DNA from: Balanoglossus misakiensis
Lineage: Eukaryota; Animalia; Hemichordata
Length of the DNA stretch: 64,000 nucleotides
Direction of reading: 5' to 3'
NCBI GenBank assembly: GCA_040954595.2
Contig: CM082577.2
Location: 16,933,903-16,997,902 of the forward strand
Under the pieces are notes generated by a model. It was not told the origin of the DNA, did no database searches, and saw only the letters and a list, made by a program, of their open reading frames with translations. Below are positions 37,331 to 51,205 of this stretch, in pieces. A program made the position numbers and the translations under genes. Position 1 is the first letter of the stretch. Every line of letters starts with the position of its first letter.

Positions 37331-39019
37331 GTCGCTATCATCGAGGTCATCAGGAAAAAGGTCGGGTCGTTTCTTTGAGTTTGTGATGAAGGCGAAGTAG
37401 ACGAAAAGTATCGAAAGAGACTCATTTTGTGGTACAACATAGCTGTTCAATTGATCGATGAGACCATAATTTGAATTTTTAAATTTGGAAATCCAAAATC
37501 TGATTGGCTTTTGCATTCAAAATGATCCAATTTCATCGTGTAAAATGTTGCAAATATACGAAAAAAATGTGAGGTCACGAACATATTTACTGCACAGAAT
37601 AAAATACTAAAAAATCACAAAATTTATATGTAGTGTCCCATTAATAACGGTGAAAATATGTAAATTTGACTCATTGTAAACTAACAGTGGAAGAAAATAC
37701 ATTACTTTTCGACATTTTTTTGTTGTTTTTATATGGCTTTTATTTTATTCAACAGGAATAGTTAATATTTTCAGTTAAAATCATGAAAAACTGACAAGAC
37801 ATAAAACACTACATGAGCTTTATGTTACACAAATTAATCTTAAGACAGTCATTGAATTAAAAACAAAACATAGTTTGATAGGACTATCCCAACAGTTATA
37901 AATCTAGAATATTATGTAAATTATATTTACTTAAAAGATTATCACTATGACAAATAGCCTCGTAGATTTAATTTAACATATTTCAGTTCATCTTACACAT
38001 TAACAATAGGGCAGTGCCAATATTAAAACTTAATAAATATCTGTAACGGCAATAAAAACAAACCAATTCTGTTCGATCAAACCTTTAAAATGGCGCACAA
38101 GGCAAGAGAGCGAATACAAACACTCATCAATGCTGTTTTACTCAAAATTAAGCAGGGTGACCATACAATTTTGTTATTTATTTCTACAAGTTCATAACAA
38201 ATTTCAGCCAAACTGGAAATACTGAGACATATTTACTTCGATTTTGTCTTCAAAATAGGGCTTTGCAGTTGTTTGTATTTATTAATTATTGATGAAATAT
38301 GATGTTTCCTCATGTACTGACAAAATCTGTTTTTCTTAAGCTTAATTTTCAGATTCAAACTTTTATAAAGTTCGAAGTCTATCCATTCAACTTGGGTAGT
38401 TTTGGAACAAATTCGCTTCAAAATACACAAAAGGAAAGGCCAACCTGTTGATATTTCTTTGCCGTTACTTGGTCGCATACAATCGTATACACCTTTCCGT
38501 CGTGTAACGATACTTTGTTTCGACTTGCACTGAGGTCATCGACCTGTGATACTGATATAAAACACATCAAATGATGTCATCGATCAAAGTTCAAAGGACG
38601 AAAAGTATAATTACTGCAAAAAACGAAGTTCCCAAATTATTTTGTCATCAAACATCAAAATAACACTTACGTGTTCGTTTTCGCGCTGCTTGTTTCCGCC
38701 ATTTTGTTCTCGTCTGCTCCCTTGTCTCGGGTACCCAGACTCCTCTGCTTCTTCCGAACCGAGGGACGTGTTCTTGTTCTTGGCTGGTAGCTTGAATCTT
38801 GCTTAATCACGTGAGACGCAGTGTTCAGCGAAGTTCTTGTTCCAGGAACAGCGTTCGGCAACTTACGAAAACGCGCCGAACAAACACAAGCGCATTCGGC
38901 AATTCTGATGGTTGTTCTCAGGTCAAGAACAGTGCTCCCAAATGCACCCTTGGTTCTCCGCCAGATATTTCAGTGGTTTCCATGGTGACCCTTCATTTTT
39001 TTACATTAAGATATTCAAT

Positions 39020-40035
39020 ATAACCCAATCTATTATAATGTGATTAAAAAAAAGTTTGATCTGATTAAAAATGGCAAAAACCTGAATTTTACTTAAGTTG
39101 AAAGTTTATTTGTTAGATAAAAGATCATTTACTAATAGGAAGTGGCTAACAAAACTAAGAATTTCGGATCATATCCTTCAAATAGAATTGGGTAGAAGGT
39201 CAATTCCAAAAGTTCCTGCAAATGAAAGATTCTGCAAACATTGTAAGTCTTTAGTGGAGGATGAATTTTACTTTGTTATAGAATGTCCAAAATACAGCGC
39301 CTATTGAGACATTCTATTTTCATCCAGATGTTTATATAATCCTGGCTTTCTTGATATAAATAAAAGAGAAAAGTTCATGTATATCTTTACTCACAAAGAT
39401 ACACTTCCTCCTGTAAAATGTATTTCTAGTATTTCAGTTCCACCCCAGCAGCAGCTTTGTCCATTTGTTGAGCATTAAAGTTACTTTATTGGCTCATCTT
39501 TTGTAGGTGCACCTGCACTTGCTGATGATATCTCAATGTGGACACCTTCTCACTCTAGCTGCCAAAGACATGTTAATATTGTTAGTGATTTATGTTCCCT
39601 TTGGAGAATGAAACTTGACTAAAAGAGCCATTTTATCATTTTGGAGAAAAGAAATCTGAACATAAAGTAGACACATTGTAACAGGAAACTTAGTCGATCA
39701 TCACTGTTGGTATGCAGCTGAATAGTACTTTGTCATCCTTAGATCGCGCAGTTTCTCCATGTATAACCAGGTCTATTCTCAACTCCCTCCATAGCTCTGG
39801 TCTAGGATCAAATGCGTTTTAATGTTATTATTGGTGCAGAGGTTTGGAGAAATATATGCTTGCCTGTAGCCTCTAATACATGTGAACTCTGGACAATAAC
39901 AGATACTGAGAATGTTAGAACGATGCCAGCGATATGCTGCAAAATTAATCCAAGGTATACCGACAAGAACTCCCACAGACATTGCTATAAGCACTATCAG
40001 CCTTCTCTCAAAGGAAGCACTTTTAGATTTGTGTA
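39020..40035 (+). mobile_element. Two non-LTR retrotransposon fragments in scrambled order
   Basis: The C-terminal LTKLRISDHILQIELGR...RFCKHCKSLVEDEFYFVIECPKY precedes the RT-core VGAPALADDIS...LCSLWRMKL and AEVWRNICLP...TCELW. Confidence 0.8.
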
Positions 40036-40674
40036 AGTTAAGGTTTTTTGATACGTTGTGCCACCTTAGAAACTCTGCAATGTCCTAAATCGTCTCGTTC
40101 AATTCAAATTGTCGGTTATTGAAAACCAAAAAAGGCTTCATACTACACAGGAAACCCCTTACAGCCCTGTACTATTATCATGTCTGTCACATGGATTTAC
40201 ACAGCCGTGTACCAGCTATGTTGGCACACAGACTCTGTACCAATTATGTAAAAAGAACTGGTGTTACATATGTGTTTAAATCACTTCTGTCACATACCTT
40301 TATTTTACAGCTATGTAGTTTGCATGTGTGAAGCTATGAATAAGATGTGTGAGAAAAAGTCCTGTGTCATACCCTTTTTCACACAGCCCTGTACCAGGGG
40401 TGTACGTACACACGCTGGACCAGTCGTATTTCACACAGCCCCGTATCAGGGGTGTACACACGGCTGGGCCAGTCATACACATGCTGTACTGGGGAGTCTC
40501 ATGATATTTCGTTTCTTTTAGACAGTTAGTTGTACTTTTATTGGGGTCAAAGGTTACGCCTCAGCTCATACGAACTCAGAGTGCTTGATTTTTCTCAGTC
40601 ATCCTACATGGTCTACGTTTATTTATGTCAAAGGTCAAATCCTCCATGTATTTTTCATTTGACGTGTGCTTTAG

Positions 40675-40825
40675 CTGGAGCAGTCAAACCCGGGAGTCAA
40701 ACTAATTGAATTTGGCATGGTCTCATATTTTCGTTGTTGTTATAAAACATCTCTCACAAATCACGAAAATATGAGACCATGCCAAATTCAATTAGTTTGA
40801 CTCCGGGGTTTGTTGACTGCTCCAG
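40675..40825. mobile_element. Palindromic MITE with ~58-bp arms (Academ-like termini)
   Basis: CTGGAGCAGTCAAACCCGGGAGTCAAACTAATTGAATTTGGCATGGTCTCATATTTTCGT and its near-perfect reverse complement; TSD not evident. Confidence 0.75.
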
Positions 40826-40940
40826 ATTGTGAAACCATTGCCAAATACTCCTTATAGTGTTTATAGAGTGCTAGTTCTGCGTCTTTACGGCATTTTGAGG
40901 GGATCGACCGACAGTACAGTTCTTCATTGAAGTATCTTGA

Positions 40941-41077
40941 GTGATAGCTGTGGAAACGCAGCTGTACTGTGGGGTTGGGGGATATGGGGGATACATGATT
41001 CCCTCACGGAGGGAATCAACATATCCCCATCCCCATCCCCCACCCCCACAGTACAGCTGCGTTTCCACAGCTATCAC
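40941..41077. repeat. 137-nt hairpin with G-run and C-run arms
   Basis: GTGATAGCTGTGGAAACGCAGCTGTACTGTGGGG / CCCCACAGTACAGCTGCGTTTCCACAGCTATCAC perfect outer stem; inner TGATTCCCTC / GAGGGAATCA stem. Confidence 0.9.
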
Positions 41078-41654
41078 ATCCGGCGTCCAAGATGATTGAT
41101 GACAGTGAAATAACTTTCAGTACTGCTTGTGAGTGTCACATATTTTGTACTATTTTCATAATCAACTGATAAATGATTTGATTTTTGGTTAATGCTTTTT
41201 TTTTCATTGTGTTACCTTGCGAATGCAGTTGATAAGCCATATTACAACACTGTACTAAGTAAGTTGTATCGTTCATCACCTTCTTTGTAGTGACAAGTTC
41301 AGAAATTAAACTCATGGTTATCTAATAACAAAAACACACGAACAATAAAGGGCATTCAAGTGAAGAAAAACTTTATTAACATTATTTATGAAAAAGGTGT
41401 TATAATTAAAACAAGCTAAATTAGAAATTTAATTTTAACAATAGAACACAACACAAAGAGAGGAAGCAAACCATCATAAATGATGGACGCACTTTTATTT
41501 AATTTTATGATAAGAAATTTTGTTCAATACAGGCAATGTGAAATCAGTTATTAATTTAAGGTGAAAGGTAATTAGATGACTCCGGATAATTTTAAAAAAA
41601 ATGGGATTTGTTTAATTTAGAAAACAGGGCGGTCAAAGGTTGGGCTTCTATCAT

Positions 41655-44045
41655 TTAAAGTGGGGGAATTAATCGGGGAACAATAAGGGATCTGAGATTC
41701 ATGATTTGGATATTTCCTGTCCTCATGAATGATGGTTTGCCTCCTCTCCTCTGGAATTTCATTAAGGTTAAGACTAATTCTGTACTCTTTAAACTGGAAA
41801 ATAAATCGCCATCATCTTCCTTGTAGCCATCTCTTGCAAACTGTCTCTGAAAAATACAAAATACAAATGTAGTTTAAAAAAAATAAATGTATGATGTATA
41901 AGAAAGCACCTGTCAAAATATTTAAAGCAATGAAGACTCATCCGATTACTTTGGATAAAATTTCAGTGTCTTTGTTGTTTGTGTGCACCAACGTTAATCT
42001 TGTTGTTCTGACAAAAATACAAACTCAAACAATACCTTAGAATCTGTCTGGTATCAATTTTTAGCCTGTTTTACCTAGATTAGCAGTGATAGCAATGACA
42101 AATCAGGATGAATTTGTGAATAATTTTGTGACACCAGTGAGATTGTGAATGCATGTGTGTGTGTGATTATGATGAACATACCAATACTTACCATTATTGC
42201 CAGCTCTGATAGGGCTTTGCTGTCTGCCCTAGCCTTTTTGTTCCTACACATGTATAGCATCAGTTCCTCTGTCTCCATGTGTCGGTATTTGGCCATATTT
42301 GGCTCTTTAGCCAGGACCTTCATGTAAGATGAAAAATAGGGGAACATGAAAATAAAGCTACCCCATAAAATAAAATTGGAAATATTGATTACTATGATCG
42401 CATAGTGTCAGTAGTACATGAAATATATATGTCATGCTGATAATTTCACCTGAATTAAGGTTGTGAAATGCAGCCCGGTTTCACCAAAAGATTCCCTCAA
42501 TAGCTATGCAATATAATTAATGAGAAACATTGATTTCATAACTCTGTGCATGGTAAATGTTTTTCCCATTCCTTTTTTAATGAGCTCTTTTCCTGTACAT
42601 ACCATTAATGAGTTCATTTGCTAAGGGTGTTATATTCAATTATAATTTTAATACTTTGTTTTTATAGTGGGAACAAGTTAATTTTTTATTCAACCTTGCA
42701 TATTTTGCAAAATTATCAAAGAAATGCCCATTACCTTTCTCCTCTCCTCCTGACGCCACTGGCAAAATCTTTCCTTGACCCAGGATACCATTTTCTCCTC
42801 TCTCCCCTCGTACTCCCTTGGGGATAGGGCTGCTTTAATTATTTCCTGTAGTGTCGTGAAAAGATACCAGTGTTATGAAGTTGATTCGATGGTTATTCCA
42901 TGTTATAAATTACCATGGTCTTTGATTTAAAAGCAAATCGATCATAAGTGATATAATTAGTCCAAAATATGGGCCTTTGTAATAGTAATTATTATATTAA
43001 AGATAGCGAAGTTCAAAGTCAGGTTGGTTCAGGGCATTGCGCTAGATGCAAGCTCCATGTTCAGGGGTGCATCGTCAAAATCATGAATATTCATTGTTAA
43101 GTTTTTATCATGAATATTCATTGCTTACGTTAGAACGGCTGATCGGCTTTTGCCGAATTGTAGTAGAAATGTGAAGTTTGTTATGTGCCTCAGCATCCTC
43201 GCCCGTGCGAGTGAACGATGGTGCCTCAGTTGTAGAGCACTCGGGCGAATAGCAGAATAGGTGGCTTAAACGTCGCGGTTATTAATAAAATCCGAAGTGG
43301 AGCTGATACTGGTGTGTTCCTTCGCCGTATCAATCACAGAGTGTTTACTTCCGCATTTTATACCGGGTTCTCTAGCTAATGGCCCTGCTAGGCTAGCAAC
43401 CTCCAGGTTACGCGTACGTTCATCGACCGACGTGCGCGCGCGAACGGCGACGCCACATACTGGGAAAATTAATTTAAAACACTGAACTGAACTAGCTGTC
43501 ATAAAATTCTGTTGTTTAGTTATAATTTGCATTCTCCTATGTAATCCTTGACATTGTTTAACACTTTAACGTGTATACAAATAGCCAAAGACTATTTAAA
43601 AACAAAACAAAAAAACTTACCCTTGCCCTTTTTGATGAGACTTCTCTGTTCGGACTTTGCAAGTAAAACTTCCCCGCAAGTCGTACAAGTTTATCCTTCA
43701 AAATAATAAAACAGGCTAATGTCATTTAGAATTGATATTCACAGATGATTCTCTCCCAAATATAATTTATTATTACAGTATTTTGTTTATTTACGCTAAA
43801 TAGTTCAATGTACCATCAAATGTGTAATAATAATTTATTCTTACCTCAATTACCGACCCCCTCACAACCCTAAAATGGTCTAGCTTGTCCTTTCTGATAA
43901 GTGAAAGGGTAGCGCCCAGCTGCTCCGTCGCCTGGTCCAGTTTTTGCTCCATAAGACCGAGTCTTCGTTCCACGCCATGTAACCTTTGGCTTATGTTGTT
44001 CACAAAGCCTAGAATTCTAACATTGATATTGGGATCGGAAGCCAT
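41655..44045 (-). CDS. Five-exon uncharacterised protein (~234 aa) with N-terminal coiled coil, possibly a transposon accessory gene. join(44045..43845, 43695..43621, 42845..42735, 42317..42192, 41846..41655)
   Basis: All four introns are GT-AG and phase 0. Exon lengths 201/75/111/126/192 keep one open frame. AATAAA occurs downstream on the minus strand (~41372, ~41494). The last exon may carry a frameshift. Confidence 0.7.
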
Positions 44046-44249
44046 CGTGGTTATGTGCAGTACAGATTACAATGCAGTGAGTCGAGTCGTCTGCTGAACG
44101 GTAATGTTTACAACGACGTTGCCTAGTACCGAGCTATTAGTAGCTTAGGAGATCTAGATCTTAGGCTCACTTGAGACAGTTTTGTCTCATCTATAGATGA
44201 GATACGTATTTTAGTAAAATACGACCTGCCATGTTTTTGGAGGAATTCT

Positions 44250-44735
44250 ATGTGTCTTGATACTTCCCTGACAAAACAACTTGCAAATTTATTGTTAAGA
44301 ACACAGTGTATGACAGAGAAAATACCCTATGGAAAAGCAGACTTGAAAGCACAAGGGAACTTGACTTCTTTAATACTGTACACTCAAAAAATTGAACGAA
44401 TTTACTTATTCAGTTTTGTAAAACTGTCTCCTGGTTTGAAAGATACTGCGGTGTATATTTTACAGATTCTTGCATGTTTGGAGCTAACTTATTGCCCAAA
44501 ATTTGAAGAAGTTACTAATAATTTGCTCTTTCACTTAGCTAAGACCTGCACGAAAACAGAACCACAGAGGAATGATCTTTGGTCGAAGTTGATTGATGGC
44601 ACAAGTGTGCACTTTACTGTCTTCCTTAATGACCTCAGTGATGAACAGTGTGTCAGAAATAATTTCAGCTCTGAAGAAAGAGGGTTATTTGTAAAGCTTA
44701 GTTTGGAATTTTTCCGGGATGTATTGTTTCATTAG
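44250..44735 (+). CDS. 161-aa uncharacterised ORF divergent from the 41655-44045 gene, probably a truncated transposon-borne gene
   Basis: Long open frame in AT-rich DNA with helical protein-like composition; no motif recognised. Confidence 0.35.
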   Translation: MCLDTSLTKQLANLLLRTQCMTEKIPYGKADLKAQGNLTSLILYTQKIERIYLFSFVKLSPGLKDTAVYILQILACLELTYCPKFEEVTNNLLFHLAKTCTKTEPQRNDLWSKLIDGTSVHFTVFLNDLSDEQCVRNNFSSEERGLFVKLSLEFFRDVLFH

Positions 44736-44874
44736 TTTATCACACACAAAAATATATTTCTCCGTTTGATGTTAATTCTGTGATATATGATGCAGAGTTA
44801 AATGTATGTTGCTGTGACTTTTCTTTTCTAAGGGAGAAAATAAAGAAACAACAACAACAACTATAAGACTTTGA

Positions 44875-44968
44875 TGTATGTATGTATGTATGTATGTATG
44901 TATGTATGTATGTATGTATGTATGTATGTATGTATGTATGTATGTATGTATGTATGTATGTATGTATG

Positions 44969-44998
<30 letters not shown>
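44875..44998. repeat. (TATG)n microsatellite
   Basis: Direct reading. Confidence 0.98.
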
Positions 44999-44999
<1 letters not shown>

Positions 45000-45879
45000 G
45001 AAGATTGATATTGTTTCCATATTTGGATACACACATAACACAAAAAACACAAAACACCAAGTTTTTTATATAGCCTCATGTTAATTCAATTGTAAGAATA
45101 GAGGCACTTACTAACATAAAAGAAAAACAATCTGAGGTCCTAGATTCTGAAGAAAAAATTAAACGAAAAGGCAATTGCCTCCAAAATACATTATTGACCT
45201 AATCAGAGTTAAATCGACCCAGGAGCATGCACACCAGCTTTCAAAGTAATTGGACAAGCAGTTTCTGAGAACATTTATTTTACTAAAAGTGACCATAATT
45301 GATCCAAAGCTACACATTTAACCACAATTTGAACAAAACTCTACTTAGGTCACCCCTAAGTACTAAAGCATACTAAATATCAATGAAAGTAATAGGTTAG
45401 GTAGTTTCAGAGAAAGGTGTTGACAGACACCAGTTATGACGGACAATCAGCCTATCTGAAAAGCTAAGCATTGCTGACAGAAGTGCAACAATATAATACA
45501 ATTCTGTACACTTGACAAATATTGGCATTTTTATGGCCTTTTCTTATCTTTTATTTGAACCATCATGTCAATTACATGCATATGTATTGCAATGACAGTG
45601 ATGTTCTACGAGGTTGAATTTACAGTGTACTTGTTATTTTCTCAATGGTTTCTAATACAACAGCTTTTGCATCCAGCTGCTTCTCAATGTTGTATCTTAA
45701 AATAAACTCATTTTAATGACAACTTCAATTGGTGTTTTTTCATTGTTCACCCAATACTTACGGATACACCATTTACCAAGGAGAATAAGAAGCTGAAAAA
45801 CATAACAATATTGGCCTTTCAGTCACCTCTGAATTTAAGGTAAAGTACATGGTGGCAACAGTTCAATGTATTTTTTTCT

Positions 45880-46990
45880 GAGAAATGTTTACTAAGGCTA
45901 TTTAAAATCTTCTTGTTTCAGTAACCCGTGGTTTCCCTTGGAATTCTTGTTTCAGTCAACATGACAAATCTTCTACACCATTACGATTATATGCTAGTGC
46001 CAAATAGGAGTAGTCTAATCCTGTACTAGCTATCTTATGATACATGATACCACCTTTTCGGTGCGTGCACAGAACAAGCATGAGAGACTGAAATCTACTT
46101 GTTTAGCTTGGAGTTATATATAATATGTGTATACAGACTCAACCGTGTATGAGTAATCTAACAATTTATCACCAGCAATAATTATTGCATGAAGCATCTT
46201 CCTGTCATGGTTATGGGCTGAATAGTTAGATTGCAGGAAATGCTCATACAGATTGGGCTGTGAATGTGACTTGAGATTAGGATCGAGGGAACAAAAAAGA
46301 GAAAGAGTATCCCCAAAGCCAGTTACAATATCTGTAAATTCAGTGTATAATCCACATGTACAGATGGTGTTCAGTAAATATGTTTTGCATCAAATTTAAA
46401 AGCATTGTGACCAACAAGTACACATCGGCCATCAAATGCATTCAACCAAGCAAGCCAAAAACTGTGACATTGCAACTTTAGGAGAGACAGTTGGTACACT
46501 TTTCCCCTTGTGAAGTGAAACCTGTTTAGCAAGTGAATAATAAACAACACCAATGACTTTTAACCTGTATAATCCAACACAAAAGAGGCACAAAGAAAAA
46601 AATAATCCTTTCAATTTATCCAGTTAATGTAACACAATAAATACTTGTAGTAATGTAAATATACATGATTTACTCACTGTGCCCAACTGCATACATGAAG
46701 ACTGGCCACTTCTCTGTAATTGTTCAAACTTTTGTATTTTTCGTTCTGGTGTTTTAATGTAAAATTCATTGGATTCTTCATCCTTTGGAACTTGCCAATG
46801 TCGTTCATTTCATATGGCACACAATCCACATCTACAAAGTGTGAAGATACACTTTGTGCCCAGTGCATGACATTTGAGCTATTGTCCACTGAAATAGCCA
46901 CTTGACTTTTCTGCCTACAGCTGATGGTAGTAATGCCCCAATTCTCTGTAAGACTCCCTTTTCTTGTATCAATAGTGTAAAAAGTAACAC
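45880..46990 (-). pseudogene. DEDDh-type (PML-C-like) exonuclease relic of the kind carried by DNA transposons
   Basis: Frameshifted pieces CVLVGHNAFKFDAKH, VTGFGDTL, KSHSQPNLYEHFLQSNYSAHN, KIASTGLDYSYLALAYNRNGVEDL. Confidence 0.7.
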
Positions 46991-47187
46991 CTGAAGGAAA
47001 ATGTTACAAAATAGGGTAAACATCCAAATTTTAATAAATATATGTAAAAAGACGTGAATTATAAATTTAAATTTTCATAAGCTCAGGAAATAACTAACAA
47101 GGAAAAGACATGTATCAATTGCTTAAGAAAAAATAAAAATTACACTGCTTTGTATGTTTTATGTCCACAAATGCATTACACACATAC

Positions 47188-47644
47188 CTGCAGTGGATAC
47201 TGGAACTGTAAAGGCTATCTCAGCAAGCCTTGCCAAGTTTGGAAATGATGCCAAGACACCTCTCTTGCTAGTCCATTCCTGTCTAGTAGCAGCTTCATCA
47301 ACAACATTCTTGTAGTGTTCTGTAAGCACAAACAATGAAACATAGGAAGCAGGGACATGATTAAAAGGTGATCATGCAATATTATAAATTTCAAGAATAT
47401 TTATAAAAACATTTCCTTCACACCATCCATTTAGGACTACATTGTAACACTGTTCACAAATTATTCATGATTGTTAGATTTTACTTACATCCACGTTTTC
47501 CTGTCCATAGGTGTCCAATATCTCACAAAGTTCAATGTCGGGGATGGTACTTGGGTTCAGCAAGGAAAATGCTTCTAAGACAGCAGCATCTGGAAACCTG
47601 GCTTTTATGTTCTCACTCACAGCAATGATAAATTTGTCATGTAT
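47188..47644 (-). pseudogene. Two spliced exons of a hAT transposase C-terminal (dimerisation) region
   Basis: IHDKFIIAVSENIKARFPDAAVLEAFSLLNP and ATRQEW...FPNLARLAEIAFTVPVSTA, each bounded by AG/GT sites. Confidence 0.8.
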
Positions 47645-47813
47645 CTGTCAGGTAAAATACAACAGAAATGGATGGTTGAGGGAATGAAAAATACAAAATT
47701 ACAGACAAAACTCAAATAAAACAAGAGCTGGATTTAGGGACTAGGATCTTTAATAAGAGACGCTAAGAGACGTGCTGTTCTCTTAAACATGTTGAGATCA
47801 TCTTGTCCATTAA

Positions 47814-48608
47814 GATGGGTCCCTAGGATCTTTTTGCCCGTTGCTATGGGCCTTTATAGGACATTTCACCCCGATTTGGACTAAGCCGTTTTCAGAGTCT
47901 AACAAGGGGCTGGTAACTAGTTAAAAATACGCACGATTGTGAGCGCGCGCCCCCTGACGCCATTGATATGCAAATTAGTTAGGTCAAATTTCAAAAGCCT
48001 AAGGCTTTTTATTCCGTGACCTCAAAAACGAACTTGATACGTACTCATTAGTTGCTTGAACCAGGGAAGATCGTGACGGATTTTGTTTTCGAATATTATC
48101 GTTGTATCCTACGATTTCAGCATACCCGTACCACACCTGAAAAAGTCATCGATTTTGGGTGTTTTTGGACGCACTCTTCCACTGGTATCGCTTCTTAGCA
48201 CGACGAAAACCGAAAAAACGATCCGTCACACTATGCGGAAGTGCGTTCTCATCAAGCAGGTCAAATTTGGCTGGCCTACGTCGCCTGTGAAAAAAGCCTT
48301 AGGGATTTTCGTGAACGGTACAAAATCTCTGTGTACAAAACATTGGATTTTTAGCGTTCGATCCAGTTACTGTGGTTACAGGACGCGCACGCTATCGCTG
48401 ACCGCTGCTTTGCCGTATTAGCGTTGCGGCCTATGGCCGGGCGGTAGCTGCCGTAAACATACTCAGACAGGGGGTGTGCACACAATCGTGTGTATTTTTA
48501 ACTAGTTACAAGCCCCTTGTCGGACGTTCATAACGGTTTCGATCAAAATTGAGTGTAGTGTCCTATAAAGGCCCATAGCAACGAGCAAAAGGATCTTAGG
48601 GACCCATC
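47814..48608. mobile_element. Kolobok-like non-autonomous DNA transposon (795 bp)
   Basis: TTAA TSD on both sides; ~130-bp imperfect TIRs beginning GATGGGTCCCTA. Confidence 0.88.
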
Positions 48609-49340
48609 TTAAGGTTACCAATAAATTCATTATATTATAATGCTTAAAGGCTGAACTGTAACCTTGGTCTATATTTTCCTGTGTATGTAAACTCTACACT
48701 TCTATTACATTCCCAAGAACATTTCCAGTGTAATATTTACCTTGTCTGTATATGAGATGCCGCGGACAATGATGAGAAGTTAAATAAATGTACTGGGGAA
48801 GTCATAATGCTATGGGGTGTAGAATGGAAAGAAAACAAATGTGTAGACAAAAGATAAAAAAGTTAGCCGTGGCGGGCCTAAATTCTTTCATAAATATCTG
48901 AAGAAAGGCAGTTCTTTCTACATGTATGTATCATTTGGATTGCAATTCCTACCTTTTGTTCTGATGGTTTGGGAAAAGATCGCTTTAGTCTCTTTGATTT
49001 AACGTCCTCCTCTTTCTTCCAAAACTGTTCAGCCAAAACTGTTCAGCCAATCTTCCTAATGCTTCTTGACTCTCTTTCAAGAGATAAGATAAGCATTAAG
49101 TGTTTCTTAAAGTTGTTTGAACAGTTGCACTTTTTCAATGAGTTGGATATTCCAATATCGAGTGAGGAAAGCAACTGTGCTGAAAAAAACGAACTCTAGA
49201 AAACATTTTTCATGAATTATCCAAATTGATAACATGTACAAAAATTCCAACGGAATAATTATCTTCCTACATTAACACTACATTTCACATTTACCTTGAT
49301 CAGGTCTTCTTTTCTCTTATACATCTGAAAGTTATTAAAG

Positions 49341-50559
49341 TTATCACATGAACTGGCCCGTATAGCGACCTGTGTGACGTAGAACAGGTCGAACAAAAAA
49401 TCCGAATTTTCCCCTGTTCTACGTCATCAACCGGAACTATTTTCGCTGATTCGCCCGTCGCTGTAACTTTCTTGTAAAACGGAATAACTAGTGGATGTAC
49501 CCGTAGTTGCGCACGATTGAAATAAAAATGAGGTTGCATAAGAATATCGCTGGGTAAAATCAATACGAGAAAGGTAGAATTTGAAAAGTTGACGCTACGA
49601 TCGTGAATGTGTGCTTGCAGCTAGAGAGCCTGGTCGATCCCGAGCGAGCCAGCACACTTGATTTTAGGTTTACGGAAGTTACGAGAATGGTTTCGAGCCA
49701 CCTGAGCGGGACGACTAACACTCTGTATTCTGTCCACCGGTCAACGAAATGTATAAGACGTGGAAAAACGTCGCAGTTCATTTGTTTGAGCATCGAAAAC
49801 ATTTGTTTGGGGTTCGAGGATGAGATTCTGTACGAGGGTTGTAGTTTCTGCGGAAACACAACTGCGCCGACTAGCCAGGCCGACGAAAACGCAACCTTGA
49901 ACATCGTTCCTGGACTAATATTTTTAATATCCTGTCACAATAACGGTTTTAGGATATATGGCGATGGAACTGTGTTATTTTTTCATAAAGTTTTACATGA
50001 AGCGCGTCATTTTTTCTGTCAAACTGCGACTCGCAGCATAACTTTGCGGGCGAACTCGACGCGATGACTTGCTAGGACGTTGACATGTTGACATGTACAC
50101 AGCGCGAGACGATGATTGACAGGCAGAATGTATCAAAATTCTGGCCCATGTGACTGACTCCGCGAATCTGATTGGTAGACAAGACGCAAAAGTGTATAAA
50201 CTTGAAAGTCGATTTCACTTTATGAATGAAAGGGATTCCATAATTAGCATATCTCGTGGGGGCCACAGATGGTTGCGCAGGGGAAGGAACGTAATCCCGC
50301 TAAATAAACTGCAAGGCCGCTCGAATATTTTAACAAGATATTGGAATATTTTTACCCTACCTCTTCTAACGAAAATAAGAAGACTGTTCATGTGATAAAT
50401 ATATAATCCCATGATATTTTTCTTTGTTTAACGTCATCGTATACTCGTGGTTTTCGCGGAGTCGTACAACTTCTCGCCTACGGCTCGAAGTTGCACGGCT
50501 CCGCGAAAACCACTCGTATACGATGACGTCAAACAAAGAAAAATATCATGGGATTATAT
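49341..50559 (-). mobile_element. Bipartite inverted-repeat-module + hairpin element (Crypton-like), second subfamily
   Basis: Module 49341-50398 bounded by TTATCACATGAAC / GTTCATGTGATAA, 2-nt spacer AT, hairpin 50401-50559 (ATATAATCCCATG...CATGGGATTATAT) centred on CTCGCCTACGGCTCG. Confidence 0.85.
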
Positions 50560-51205
50560 ATAAGCATAACATAAAATAACTATCTGTGGTACTTCATCCC
50601 TTCCTGGCAACACTGAACATTTCTACATGCTTCTATTAGTTGATACACACAATACAATATAAATGCTATACAAGTTGTCAAAAGTGCTTTCATACATAAA
50701 GTATTCTGCTTGAAGACACAGTATGCATATGTTTAAAGACTGTTTTGACTTGAACTCCATTTTCTGTGATAATAGCAATGGCATCATATGTTGACAACGA
50801 AATCCATGACTAGACTCAAACCACATGGAACAACAAAACAGAGCTTTACACAGAACAAAGCGTAAAGAAGCATTGAAATCATCCATACTGCTTACATGTG
50901 ATATATGGCTTATGACAGTCCAAATTTAATTGCGACGCTGTTTTATGGGGGCCCGTTAGAGACTGGAATTAATTTTATGTGTAGTGTCGAATTAAATTCA
51001 CTTGTTGTATCGAATTAATTCCATGTGTTGTGTCAAATTAATTTTACATATTGTCGAATAAATATTGGCCCCACATAGTCCAGTGGCAGGCCTCGTAACC
51101 CAAAATATCAGTATGCACAATGTTTTTTTGCAGATTACTCAACTATAGCATGTCCTTAACCCAAATCTGAATGATGCCACCTTGGCACCATTGAGGGTTT
51201 AGAGA

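Noticed and set aside
43185-43260. tRNA or tRNA-SINE (CCTCAGTTGTAGAGCAC resembles an A box)
   Set aside because: No B box or cloverleaf downstream.
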